Shown here: in pieces, positions 29,093 to 36,345 of the stretch
Numbering within the stretch: the first letter of the stretch is position 1
How the letters are laid out: every line of letters starts with the position of its first letter
Assembly (NCBI GenBank): GCA_963640645.1
Contig: CAVHZY010000004.1
Coordinates: forward strand, 16,228-80,227
DNA: 64,000 nt
Direction of reading: 5' to 3'
Source of the DNA: an uncultured Phascolarctobacterium sp.
GTDB taxonomy: Bacteria; Bacillota; Clostridia; Oscillospirales; Acutalibacteraceae
The notes under the pieces: model-generated
The model's input: the letters and a program-made list of their open reading frames with translations, nothing else
Databases searched by the model: none
What the model was told of the DNA's origin: nothing
Translations under genes and position numbers: made by a program

Positions 29093-29674
29093 TTAAGTAA
29101 TTTTTCCAAAGTCTGTTAGCGGCCAGACTCTGAAAATGATTTTTCCCACCAGCTGTTCTTCTGAAACACAGCCAATGGTCTTACTTCTACTGTCAACCGA
29201 AGTAGCTCGGTGATCTCCCATGACGAAAATTTTTCCATCCGGTACCTGGTACGGGAGGATAAGGTCGCATTCACCGAAGGCGGTTTCGGTAAGATACGGT
29301 TCGTCTATGGGCTTTCCATTTACATAAACAACACCGTTTTCATCCATGTCTACCCATTGCCCGGCGGTGGCAATGACCCGTTTTACCAGAATTTTGTTGT
29401 TGTAGTAAAACGAAACGATGTCTCCTTGCTGATACGTCTTGGTTTTAACAGAAACCACAATGTTTCCTTCCGTTAAGGTCGGGGTCATGGAGGTTCCGTA
29501 GATTTGCAAGACCGGTAATACCAGGGTTGCCACCAGGATGGCAATTGCGGCTACCGTAATTAAGGAAAAAATAGTGTTGCGAAAGACCCTTCGATATTTC
29601 TTTCTGTATCTTTCCCGGTCTCTTTCTTCCCGTAGGGAATCCAGATCCGGAAGGGTTACCGGGGTTACACTCAT
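29093..29674 (-). CDS. lepB: signal peptidase I
   Basis: Catalytic Ser box GTSMTPTL, Lys box KRVIA and GDHRATSVDSR. One N-terminal TM segment. The ATGA overlaps the upstream ORF. Confidence 0.9.
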   Translation of the reverse strand: MSVTPVTLPDLDSLREERDRERYRKKYRRVFRNTIFSLITVAAIAILVATLVLPVLQIYGTSMTPTLTEGNIVVSVKTKTYQQGDIVSFYYNNKILVKRVIATAGQWVDMDENGVVYVNGKPIDEPYLTETAFGECDLILPYQVPDGKIFVMGDHRATSVDSRSKTIGCVSEEQLVGKIIFRVWPLTDFGKIT

Positions 29675-30309
29675 TTGGCGTCTTCCTTATACTCCGCCAA
29701 ATACTGTTCATATAAATTCTGCTCTTCTTCGTTTGCCGGCGTTGCCGGCGGTGCGGAATGGAAAAGGGAAAGCAGATCTTTCAAACCCTGATGTGCTTTG
29801 TAAAACTCTTCCATCTTGACGGTAACTTCGTCCCAGTATTTCTGGGCGTCCCGCTCTGCATTGTCCAGCTTTTCCCGGCACTTTTCTTTGGTAACCTGTT
29901 CCAACGCGCTGCAACGAAGTCGGGTTTCTGCCAGTAACCGATTGGCTTCTTCCTGAATACCGGAAATTTTTTCTGCAGCCAGCGCTTCCTGTTCGTCATT
30001 CAGCCTTTTTATATTACTTAAGTACTGATCGGCAGCTTCCTGCGCCGATTCAAACACCTTGCTGATCTGCAATGCCGCTTCTGCCAGGTTGCCCGGTTCA
30101 GAGCCCTCATAGGTGAAGGTTGGCTTTTCTGCCTTTTCCTTCCACTCTTCCACTTGTGCGGTCAGCTCTTCTACCCGTACCTGCAACGCTTCTGTTTGCT
30201 TCTTTTGCTGTTCCAGGGCGAGTTGGCTTTCTTCCAAATCCTTACCCTGTGCAACTAAAAGTTCCAGCAGTTCCAGGCGGTTTAATTTTCTTAGTTCTTT
30301 GTCGGTCAT
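29671..30309 (-). CDS. hypothetical coiled-coil protein
   Basis: 212 aa, heptad-rich and E/K/Q/L-rich (LRKLNRLELLELL...EALQVRVEELTAQVEEWKEK). There is no TM segment and no enzymatic motif. It is translationally coupled to lepB. Confidence 0.6.
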   Translation of the reverse strand: MTDKELRKLNRLELLELLVAQGKDLEESQLALEQQKKQTEALQVRVEELTAQVEEWKEKAEKPTFTYEGSEPGNLAEAALQISKVFESAQEAADQYLSNIKRLNDEQEALAAEKISGIQEEANRLLAETRLRCSALEQVTKEKCREKLDNAERDAQKYWDEVTVKMEEFYKAHQGLKDLLSLFHSAPPATPANEEEQNLYEQYLAEYKEDAK

Positions 30310-30322
30310 GGCGGTTTCCTCT

Positions 30323-30363
30323 AAAAAACAAAATAAAAAGCACCTAATTTAAAAATTAGGTGC
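30323..30363 (-). terminator. intrinsic terminator/attenuator directly upstream of the first pilus-operon ORF
   Basis: On the minus strand, a perfect 11-bp hairpin GCACCUAAUUU-uu-AAAUUAGGUGC is followed by UUUUUAUUUUGUUUUUU. The SD and ATG (30309) follow within ~15 nt. Confidence 0.75.
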
Positions 30364-30552
30364 ACGAAAGCAAGATGTTTGCATAGGTACACCACGTTCC
30401 GGTGTACACTGGGGACAGAAAAGGGACACGAAGTGCTGTGCCTTCATGTCTACTATGTCCAAGCAAAGACACCGGCTGGGGGACAGGTGACAACGATTGG
30501 CAATTATCCGAATAAATCAGACGTTGCTAGGGACTAACGTCTTGTGTAAATA
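30364..30552 (-). promoter_or_regulatory. unclassified structured 5' leader (candidate riboswitch/attenuator)
   Basis: About 190 nt with no credible ORF, several clean helices on the minus strand, and duplicated CUGUCCCC(C)AG elements. A candidate -35 TTGACT lies at 30569-30574. Confidence 0.4.
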
Positions 30553-30593
30553 ATGGTAATTATTTTGCAGTCAAATAACAATTCTCATTTTTT

Positions 30594-30642
30594 ACAAAAT
30601 AAAAATAACTCCTTTATCTGTTTCCTACAAAAAAAGGAGTTA
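30594..30642 (-). terminator. terminator-like hairpin upstream of the leader promoter
   Basis: On the minus strand, a 10-bp stem UAACUCCUUU...AAAGGAGUUA is followed by UUUUUAUUUUG. Confidence 0.45.
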
Positions 30643-30795
30643 AATCAACATATTTGTACACTTTTTGCACAAATTTGTTTGCCGTTTTTCAAACAACCCT
30701 GTTTTTCCTCCTTCCTTCTTTGGCGTATTTATCCCCTTTTTGAAAAACGGACAAATTTGCACTGTAAAGCACATCTGCTTTCACAAAATTTTGTG

Positions 30796-30811
30796 GCAAA
30801 CAAATGTTTGC
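30796..30811. promoter_or_regulatory. LexA operator (Cheo-box-like palindrome) overlapping the lexA -35
   Basis: Perfect palindrome GCAAACAAATGTTTGC, compared with the Gram-positive SOS box CGAAC-N4-GTTCG. Confidence 0.6.
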
Positions 30812-30836
30812 TTTTTATGCCTGGAATTGTTATACT
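30808..30836 (+). promoter_or_regulatory. lexA promoter
   Basis: -35 TTGCTT, a 17-nt spacer, then the extended -10 TGtTATACT. Confidence 0.55.
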
Positions 30837-30841
30837 GACTA

Positions 30842-30855
30842 CGAACAAATGTGCG
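30842..30855. promoter_or_regulatory. second LexA operator near the lexA transcription start
   Basis: CGAACAAATGTGCG: the GAAC half-site is perfect and the GTGC half-site matches 3 of 4. Confidence 0.55.
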
Positions 30856-30865
30856 GAGGTGCCTT

Positions 30866-31465
30866 ATGGAGCAGATCAATAAAACCCAGGAAAAGATTTA
30901 CCAGTATTTGCTGGAACGTTCCCAACAAACCGCTGTCCCGCCAACCGTGCGGGAAATTGGAAGCGCAGTCGGACTGAAGTCCACTTCTTCCGTGCAAACC
31001 AACCTGGATGCCTTAGAAAAAGCCGGGTACATTACACGGGACCCAAAGTTAAAGCGCTCCATTCAATTAAACGTAGGCGTTCCGCAAACAGACTTTACCA
31101 ATGTGCCTCTTTTAGGAACCGTTACTGCCGGCCAGCCTATCCTGGCAACGGAACAAATTGAAGATTACATCCCGTTTGCCGGTCCGGTTTCTTCTGACAA
31201 AACCTTATTTGCCCTTCGGGTGCGCGGAGAATCCATGATCAACGCCGGCATTTTAGATGGAGACATCATTGTGGCGGAGCGTACTCCGGTAGCTTCTAAC
31301 GGAGAAAAGGTTGTTGCCCTGATAGATGACGAAGCCACCGTAAAAACTTTTTATAAAGAAGCCGACTGCTTCCGTTTACAACCGGAAAATGACTACATGG
31401 ACCCCATTATTTGCGATGAACTCTTAATTCTGGGAAAAGTCATTGCTGTTTTCCGTTATTATTAA
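30866..31465 (+). CDS. lexA: LexA repressor
   Basis: N-terminal wHTH (PPTVREIGSAVGLKSTSSV). S24 peptidase Ser (VRGESM) and Lys (ATVKTF). The start is re-assigned to ATG at 30866, 6 nt after GGAGG. Confidence 0.93.
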   Translation: MEQINKTQEKIYQYLLERSQQTAVPPTVREIGSAVGLKSTSSVQTNLDALEKAGYITRDPKLKRSIQLNVGVPQTDFTNVPLLGTVTAGQPILATEQIEDYIPFAGPVSSDKTLFALRVRGESMINAGILDGDIIVAERTPVASNGEKVVALIDDEATVKTFYKEADCFRLQPENDYMDPIICDELLILGKVIAVFRYY

Positions 31466-31488
31466 CTTAAGGGAAAGAAGGGCTTTTT

Positions 31489-32280
31489 ATGAAAAAGAAA
31501 ATTGCAATTGTTACCGGCGGATCCTCCGGCATTGGCCTTGGCATCTGCAAACGCCTGGCAAAGAAGAACTACAAAGTATATGAGTTCTCCCGTCATCAAA
31601 TTTCTCTTCCAAAAGGCGTTACCCATATCCAATGTGACATCTCGGATTCAGCCCAAAGTAAAGCTGCCGTGGCGCAGGTTCTTTCTGCGGAAGGCCGGAT
31701 TGACCTTCTGGTCAACAACGCCGGCTTTGGCATTTCCGGTGCAGTTGAATTTACGGAAACCGCAGATGTACGCAAACAATTTGATGTTAACTTTTTCGGC
31801 TTGGTTGACCTGACCAAGGAGGTCATTCCGGTTCTCCGCCGGCAGGGCTCCGGGTGTATTGTCAATGTTTCTTCCGTTGCGTCTCCCATTGCCATTCCAT
31901 TCCAGGCATTTTACAGTGCCAGCAAGGCAGCCATTACAGACTACACCCTGGCCCTGAAGAATGAACTGCGCCCCTTCGGTATTAAAGTTATTTGCATCTG
32001 GCCCGGAGACATTGCCACCGGCTTCACAGATGCGCGGGAAAAGAGCCCTCTTGGAGACGACGTTTACCACGGAAAAATTTCCAAATCCGTAGCCTCTATG
32101 GAAAAGGACGAACGCGGTGGCATGTCTGCAGATGTGGCCGGCAGGCAAATTGCCGACATCTGCTGTAAAAAACATCCCGCTCCGGTTTACACCATCGGTT
32201 CCGTGTATAAACTGTTCGTCTTCCTCCAGCGCCTCTTCCCTCAAAGCTTCCTGTACTACGTTGTTGGCAAGCTTTACTAA
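31489..32280 (+). CDS. short-chain dehydrogenase/reductase (SDR) family oxidoreductase
   Basis: TGGSSGIG cofactor motif, NNAG, and the catalytic YSASK. Confidence 0.85.
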   Translation: MKKKIAIVTGGSSGIGLGICKRLAKKNYKVYEFSRHQISLPKGVTHIQCDISDSAQSKAAVAQVLSAEGRIDLLVNNAGFGISGAVEFTETADVRKQFDVNFFGLVDLTKEVIPVLRRQGSGCIVNVSSVASPIAIPFQAFYSASKAAITDYTLALKNELRPFGIKVICIWPGDIATGFTDAREKSPLGDDVYHGKISKSVASMEKDERGGMSADVAGRQIADICCKKHPAPVYTIGSVYKLFVFLQRLFPQSFLYYVVGKLY

Positions 32281-32305
32281 ATTTTCAATAGGAAGTATAC
32301 AAGTA

Positions 32306-32337
32306 CAGCCCTGCACAAAACGTGCAGGGCTGGTTTT
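32306..32337 (+). terminator. intrinsic terminator after the SDR gene
   Basis: CAGCCCUGCAC-aaaac-GUGCAGGGCUG followed by GUUUU. Confidence 0.75.
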
Positions 32338-32480
32338 CATCTGCTTATCAGGTTTATCTCCATTTTTACTGCTTTGTTATAAAAAGTTTACCTTTACAGG
32401 TGCAAAATATAGTACAATATGAGTGACATTAAAATGTCGGCTACAACGACTATTGCCGACAAGTAAAGGAGAAAAGTTTT

Positions 32481-33458
32481 ATGGCTATTGTAAAAGAGGA
32501 AAGAAGCTTTCCGTCTACTTCCAAAGCAGACATTACCGTACGCTACGTTGTCTGGAAAGATGACAGCGTAAAAAAGCCGGTTGGTGTTATTCAGCTGACC
32601 CACGGTTGGGGCGAACATATTGACCGTTATGATGAAATGGCAGAAGTATTTGCAAAAGCAGGGTATGTAGTTTGCGGACAGGACCACATTGGACACGGAA
32701 AAACTGCCGGGGTACAGGCAACCCAGATCTTCCCAAAGGACGTTAAGAAAGCCATGATGGAAGACATGCATAAACTGTATAAAATTATGCATGACAACTA
32801 TCCAAAACTGCCTTACTTCCTGTATGGTCACAGCATGGGCTCCATGCTTGGCAGATTATATCTGAAAAAATACAGCAAGGAATTAACCGCCTGCGTTCTT
32901 TGCGGAACCGTTCCAATGCCTGTTATTGCAGACTTCATTGCTCCTTTTGGCGATTTAGTTGCTAACATTTTAGGACCATCCTTCAAGAAAGCAGTTGCTA
33001 AAGCAAAAAGCAAACATCCGGATATGACAGATGAAATCAGCACTGCAAAGCCGACCAAGCTGGACATGATCGTCAACAGTTGGCTTTCTTATGATAAGGA
33101 CAATATTGTTTCATATGTACAGAATCCATATGAAGGTGCCAAAATTAATTTCAGCCTGTTGTATCTGCTTGGTATGATGATGCGTGTAACTCCTATCAGA
33201 TGGGCACACAAGGTAGATAAGAAGCTTCCTATTCTGGTTATTTCCGGTGAAGACGACCTTGCCGGTCTGTACACTCTTGGGCCAAAGCAGGTATTCCGTC
33301 TTCTGTCCAAAGCCAATCGCAACGTAACCATGAAGCTGTATCCGCATGCCAAACATGAAATTCATAATGAAGCAGCCTCCGGCCTGAAGAACGAAGTCTT
33401 TGCTGACCTGTTGGAATTCTTTGAAAGCAACAATCCAAAAACCGGCGCAGCAAAGTAA
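32481..33458 (+). CDS. alpha/beta hydrolase (lysophospholipase/monoacylglycerol-lipase-like)
   Basis: Nucleophile elbow GHSMG, an HGWGEH oxyanion region, and C-terminal His context HAKHEIHNE. Confidence 0.8.
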   Translation: MAIVKEERSFPSTSKADITVRYVVWKDDSVKKPVGVIQLTHGWGEHIDRYDEMAEVFAKAGYVVCGQDHIGHGKTAGVQATQIFPKDVKKAMMEDMHKLYKIMHDNYPKLPYFLYGHSMGSMLGRLYLKKYSKELTACVLCGTVPMPVIADFIAPFGDLVANILGPSFKKAVAKAKSKHPDMTDEISTAKPTKLDMIVNSWLSYDKDNIVSYVQNPYEGAKINFSLLYLLGMMMRVTPIRWAHKVDKKLPILVISGEDDLAGLYTLGPKQVFRLLSKANRNVTMKLYPHAKHEIHNEAASGLKNEVFADLLEFFESNNPKTGAAK

Positions 33459-33475
33459 ATAACTGTTTCTAACCA

Positions 33476-33516
33476 AGAGGAGGATTTCCAACAAGCGGAA
33501 ATCCTCCTCTTCTCTT
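33476..33516 (+). terminator. intrinsic terminator after the hydrolase gene
   Basis: A 14-bp stem AGAGGAGGAUUUCC/GGAAAUCCUCCUCU followed by a U-rich tail. Confidence 0.7.
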
Positions 33517-33525
33517 ATTCAACAT

Positions 33526-33741
33526 CTAACCTTTGCTTTTTTCTGTTTTAATTTTTTTAAAAATAGCCAGTGCAATAATACAAACAAAATAGGCTCCCCA
33601 AAAAATCAGAAACATATCATTGCAAAGGAAAGCTTTCAGACTCCAACTTGCTTTTGTAAAATAGGAAAACAAAAATCCCACTATTACTTGGACACCAAGA
33701 ACGAAAAGAATCCGTAAAATTTCTTTTTTCATATTTTCCAT
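33526..33741 (-). CDS. small two-TM membrane protein (hypothetical)
   Basis: 71 aa with two hydrophobic segments and a K-rich C-terminus. It lies 3 nt downstream of the preceding ORF and in the AT-rich islet. Confidence 0.55.
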   Translation of the reverse strand: MENMKKEILRILFVLGVQVIVGFLFSYFTKASWSLKAFLCNDMFLIFWGAYFVCIIALAIFKKIKTEKSKG

Positions 33742-33744
33742 CTG

Positions 33745-34488
33745 TTAATGCCCCCATCTCTTACTAAAAGTCCAAGATCCAACATACTTTGTACGAGCAG
33801 AATCTAAGTAGTAACTATTTTCATATCTCGTATAAATCTTCCCTGAGCTATGCGTTGTATAAACCTTGCTTGTTACATACAAATAATCTGGTAATGATGC
33901 TGCTCCTGCGCCTGCCCCTGCTGCGATAGCCGCCGTAACAATCTTTACTGCAACTGGAAAATTCACATATGCTGTTGCTGCTACAATTGCTGCTGCCGCT
34001 ATTGCGATCGTTGCTTTTTTACCAACTAAAGAAATCCCATATTTTTCTGTACGTAGATATGTCTTTTTGCTTGTTGCAACTAATAATGGCTGTTGTTTTT
34101 CAAGGAGATGTTTTGATTGTTCTAGCAACGAATCTTTAATGACTTTCACTTGATATTTCTCAACTTCACCATTTTCCTTTTCTTCAACACAAAGGACATA
34201 GCCATTATGAATTTCACTGTCAATGGTAGAATTTAAGCTCCTTTTTCCATTGTCTATTTTATAGATTTTACTAGTAACGGAAATTCCATCAAAACTCTCT
34301 AAAATGTAGTATGTTCCATCCTCTCGCCGCTCCGTATAACTAATTTCCGTATGTGCTTTTTCTTCCAGAACTTCTATATCTTGAACTGCGTTTTTGTCTG
34401 CCTTTCCTACGGAATAAGCAGGTATTATTGCCACAAATATTGTTAAAGTGGCCATCCCTAAGCCCACTAATTTATGTAGAATTTTCAT
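33745..34488 (-). CDS. hypothetical secreted protein with an Ala/Gly-rich hydrophobic region and an aromatic C-terminus
   Basis: The start is re-assigned to ATG at 34488, after GGAGAAC. Signal peptide MKILHKLVGLGMATLTIFVAIIPAYS. Contains an AIAAAAIVAATAY...AAIAAGAGAGAAS segment. AT-rich codon usage. Confidence 0.6.
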   Translation of the reverse strand: MKILHKLVGLGMATLTIFVAIIPAYSVGKADKNAVQDIEVLEEKAHTEISYTERREDGTYYILESFDGISVTSKIYKIDNGKRSLNSTIDSEIHNGYVLCVEEKENGEVEKYQVKVIKDSLLEQSKHLLEKQQPLLVATSKKTYLRTEKYGISLVGKKATIAIAAAAIVAATAYVNFPVAVKIVTAAIAAGAGAGAASLPDYLYVTSKVYTTHSSGKIYTRYENSYYLDSARTKYVGSWTFSKRWGH

Positions 34489-34727
34489 TTTTGTTCTCCT
34501 TACGCAATTTTCTATAATTTGAACCCGACCTTTTTTCCATATAACAACTGTCACCGTTTTTATACCTCTGAGGATTTCTATTGCACATAAAGACACCTCC
34601 TCATGGTTGAAATAAATAGCTATCTTAATGGATATAAATCCACATCAAAAAGTTAGCTTCCTCTAACCACAGTATACCGCTACAGTGTTGTTTTACAAGT
34701 ATAAGTTTATGAATTTTGACGTAATAA

Positions 34728-34758
34728 AGCCGCCATGCACATATTGTGCATGGCGGCT
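34728..34758 (-). terminator. terminator hairpin downstream of glyQS
   Basis: A 13-bp stem AGCCGCCAUGCAC/GUGCAUGGCGGCU with T-rich flanks on both strands. Confidence 0.7.
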
Positions 34759-34778
34759 CATTTTTGCTTAGAAGTTCT

Positions 34779-36209
34779 TTAAAGAGTGACCCGTTGGCGG
34801 AGGTAATCTGCTACCTCGCCCATGGGGATGCGGACCTGTTCCATGGTGTCTCTGTCACGAATGGTAACACAGTGGTCTGCTGCAATGCCCTTTTCCGGGT
34901 CTCCGACGGTGTCAAAGTCAATGGTAATGCAATACGGCGTGCCGATTTCATCCTGGCGGCGATACCGCTTACCAATGGAACCAGTAACATCATAGTCCAG
35001 AACAAACTGCTTAGACAGCTCTTCATAAAAAGCGGTGGCTTGCTCGTCCAGTTTCTTGGAAAGAGGAAGAACAGCGGCTTTGTATGGGGCAATGGCCGGG
35101 TGGAAGTGCATAACGGTGCGAACATCGTCATTGCCTTTCTTGTCCTGGCCAACTACTTCTTCGTCATAAGCTTCAACCAAAAGGGTCAGGAACAGACGTT
35201 CTACGCCAAGAGATGGTTCAATAACATAAGGAATATACCGTTCATTGGTTTCCGGATCAAAGTAGTCTAAGGTTTGGCCGGAAACGTTGCTGTGCTGTGT
35301 CAGGTCATAATCGGTGCGGTCGGCAACGCCCCAAAGTTCGCCCCAACCGAAGGGGAACAGATATTCAAAGTCTGTGGTGGCTTTGGAGTAGAAGCAAAGT
35401 TCTTCCGGATCATGATCCCGCAGGCGCAGGTTTTCCGGTTTAATGTTCAGGCTGTAAAGCCAGTCCCGACAGAAGGCACGCCAGTATTCAAACCATTCTA
35501 AGTCTGTGCCCGGTTTGCAGAAGAATTCCAGCTCCATCTGTTCAAATTCCCGCACGCGGAAAATAAAGTTACCCGGGGTAATTTCATTCCGGAAAGACTT
35601 ACCAATTTGTGCTACGCCAAACGGAACCTTTCTTCTGGTGGTTCTTTGAATATTTTCAAAGTTAACAAAAATACCCTGTGCAGTTTCCGGGCGAAGATAA
35701 AGTTCAGCTTTGCTGTCTTCGGTAACACCCTGGAAGGTCTTGAACATCAAATTAAATTTGCGAATATCCGTAAAGTCATGGGCACCACAGTCCGGACAGG
35801 CAATGTTATGTTCCTTAATGTAATCCATCAGCTGCTGGTCATCCCAACCGGCAGGGTTATCATCCAGACCGTTGGCAAACACATAGTCTTCAATCAGCTT
35901 GTCTGCTCTGTGCCGCGTGTGGCACTGCTTGCAGTCCATCAGCGGATCCGAAAAACCGCCTAAATGACCGGAAGCAACCCAGGTCTGCGGATTCATCAGA
36001 ATGGCGCTGTCCAAACCCACATTATATTTGTTTTCCTGGATAAATTTCTTTCTCCAGGCATCTTTAATATTCTGTTTCATTTCCACACCTAAGGGACCGT
36101 AGTCCCAGGTGTTTGCCAGTCCACCGTAAATTTCGGAACCGGCATAAACAAAGCCCCTGTTCTTGCAGAGGGCTACAATTTTGTCCATGGTTTTTAAGGA
36201 ATTGTCCAT
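34779..36209 (-). CDS. glyQS: glycine--tRNA ligase (homodimeric GlyQS type)
   Basis: 476 aa with class II motifs ([20 protein letters not shown]) and a C-terminal anticodon-binding domain. Confidence 0.95.
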   Translation of the reverse strand: MDNSLKTMDKIVALCKNRGFVYAGSEIYGGLANTWDYGPLGVEMKQNIKDAWRKKFIQENKYNVGLDSAILMNPQTWVASGHLGGFSDPLMDCKQCHTRHRADKLIEDYVFANGLDDNPAGWDDQQLMDYIKEHNIACPDCGAHDFTDIRKFNLMFKTFQGVTEDSKAELYLRPETAQGIFVNFENIQRTTRRKVPFGVAQIGKSFRNEITPGNFIFRVREFEQMELEFFCKPGTDLEWFEYWRAFCRDWLYSLNIKPENLRLRDHDPEELCFYSKATTDFEYLFPFGWGELWGVADRTDYDLTQHSNVSGQTLDYFDPETNERYIPYVIEPSLGVERLFLTLLVEAYDEEVVGQDKKGNDDVRTVMHFHPAIAPYKAAVLPLSKKLDEQATAFYEELSKQFVLDYDVTGSIGKRYRRQDEIGTPYCITIDFDTVGDPEKGIAADHCVTIRDRDTMEQVRIPMGEVADYLRQRVTL

Positions 36210-36345
36210 TGTCTTCTCTCCCCCGTTTTTACGCTGAAAAAAGTTTAATATACCACCCTGAAAAAGTCAATTGTACAGGGCTTTCCTTTTGTCACGGATT
36301 GCTTATAATATCTATGATATTAAGAGATTGGAAAGGAGCGTGCGC

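Noticed and set aside
30364-30552. Whether the structured leader is really an SRP RNA, 6S RNA, RNase P RNA, tmRNA or tRNA gene.
   Set aside because: It lacks the SRP helix-8 core (GGUCCGGAAGGAAGCAGC-like), the RNase P GAGGAAAGUCC core and the tRNA T-loop GTTCGAATC, and it does not form a long 6S-like end-to-end duplex. Its terminator abuts an SD and ATG, which points to a cis-acting leader.
30553-30882. A 109-aa plus-strand ORF spanning the AT-rich lexA upstream region.
   Set aside because: It runs through the lexA promoter and operators and into lexA out of frame. Its product is F/L/N/K-rich. It is better explained as regulatory DNA.
31648-32340. A 230-aa minus-strand ORF antisense to the SDR gene.
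   Set aside because: The plus-strand frame carries the TGGSSGIG and YSASK motifs. The antisense frame has no features.
34746-35270. A 174-aa plus-strand ORF overlapping the 3' end of glyQS.
   Set aside because: It starts inside the glyQS terminator hairpin and is antisense to a strongly supported gene.
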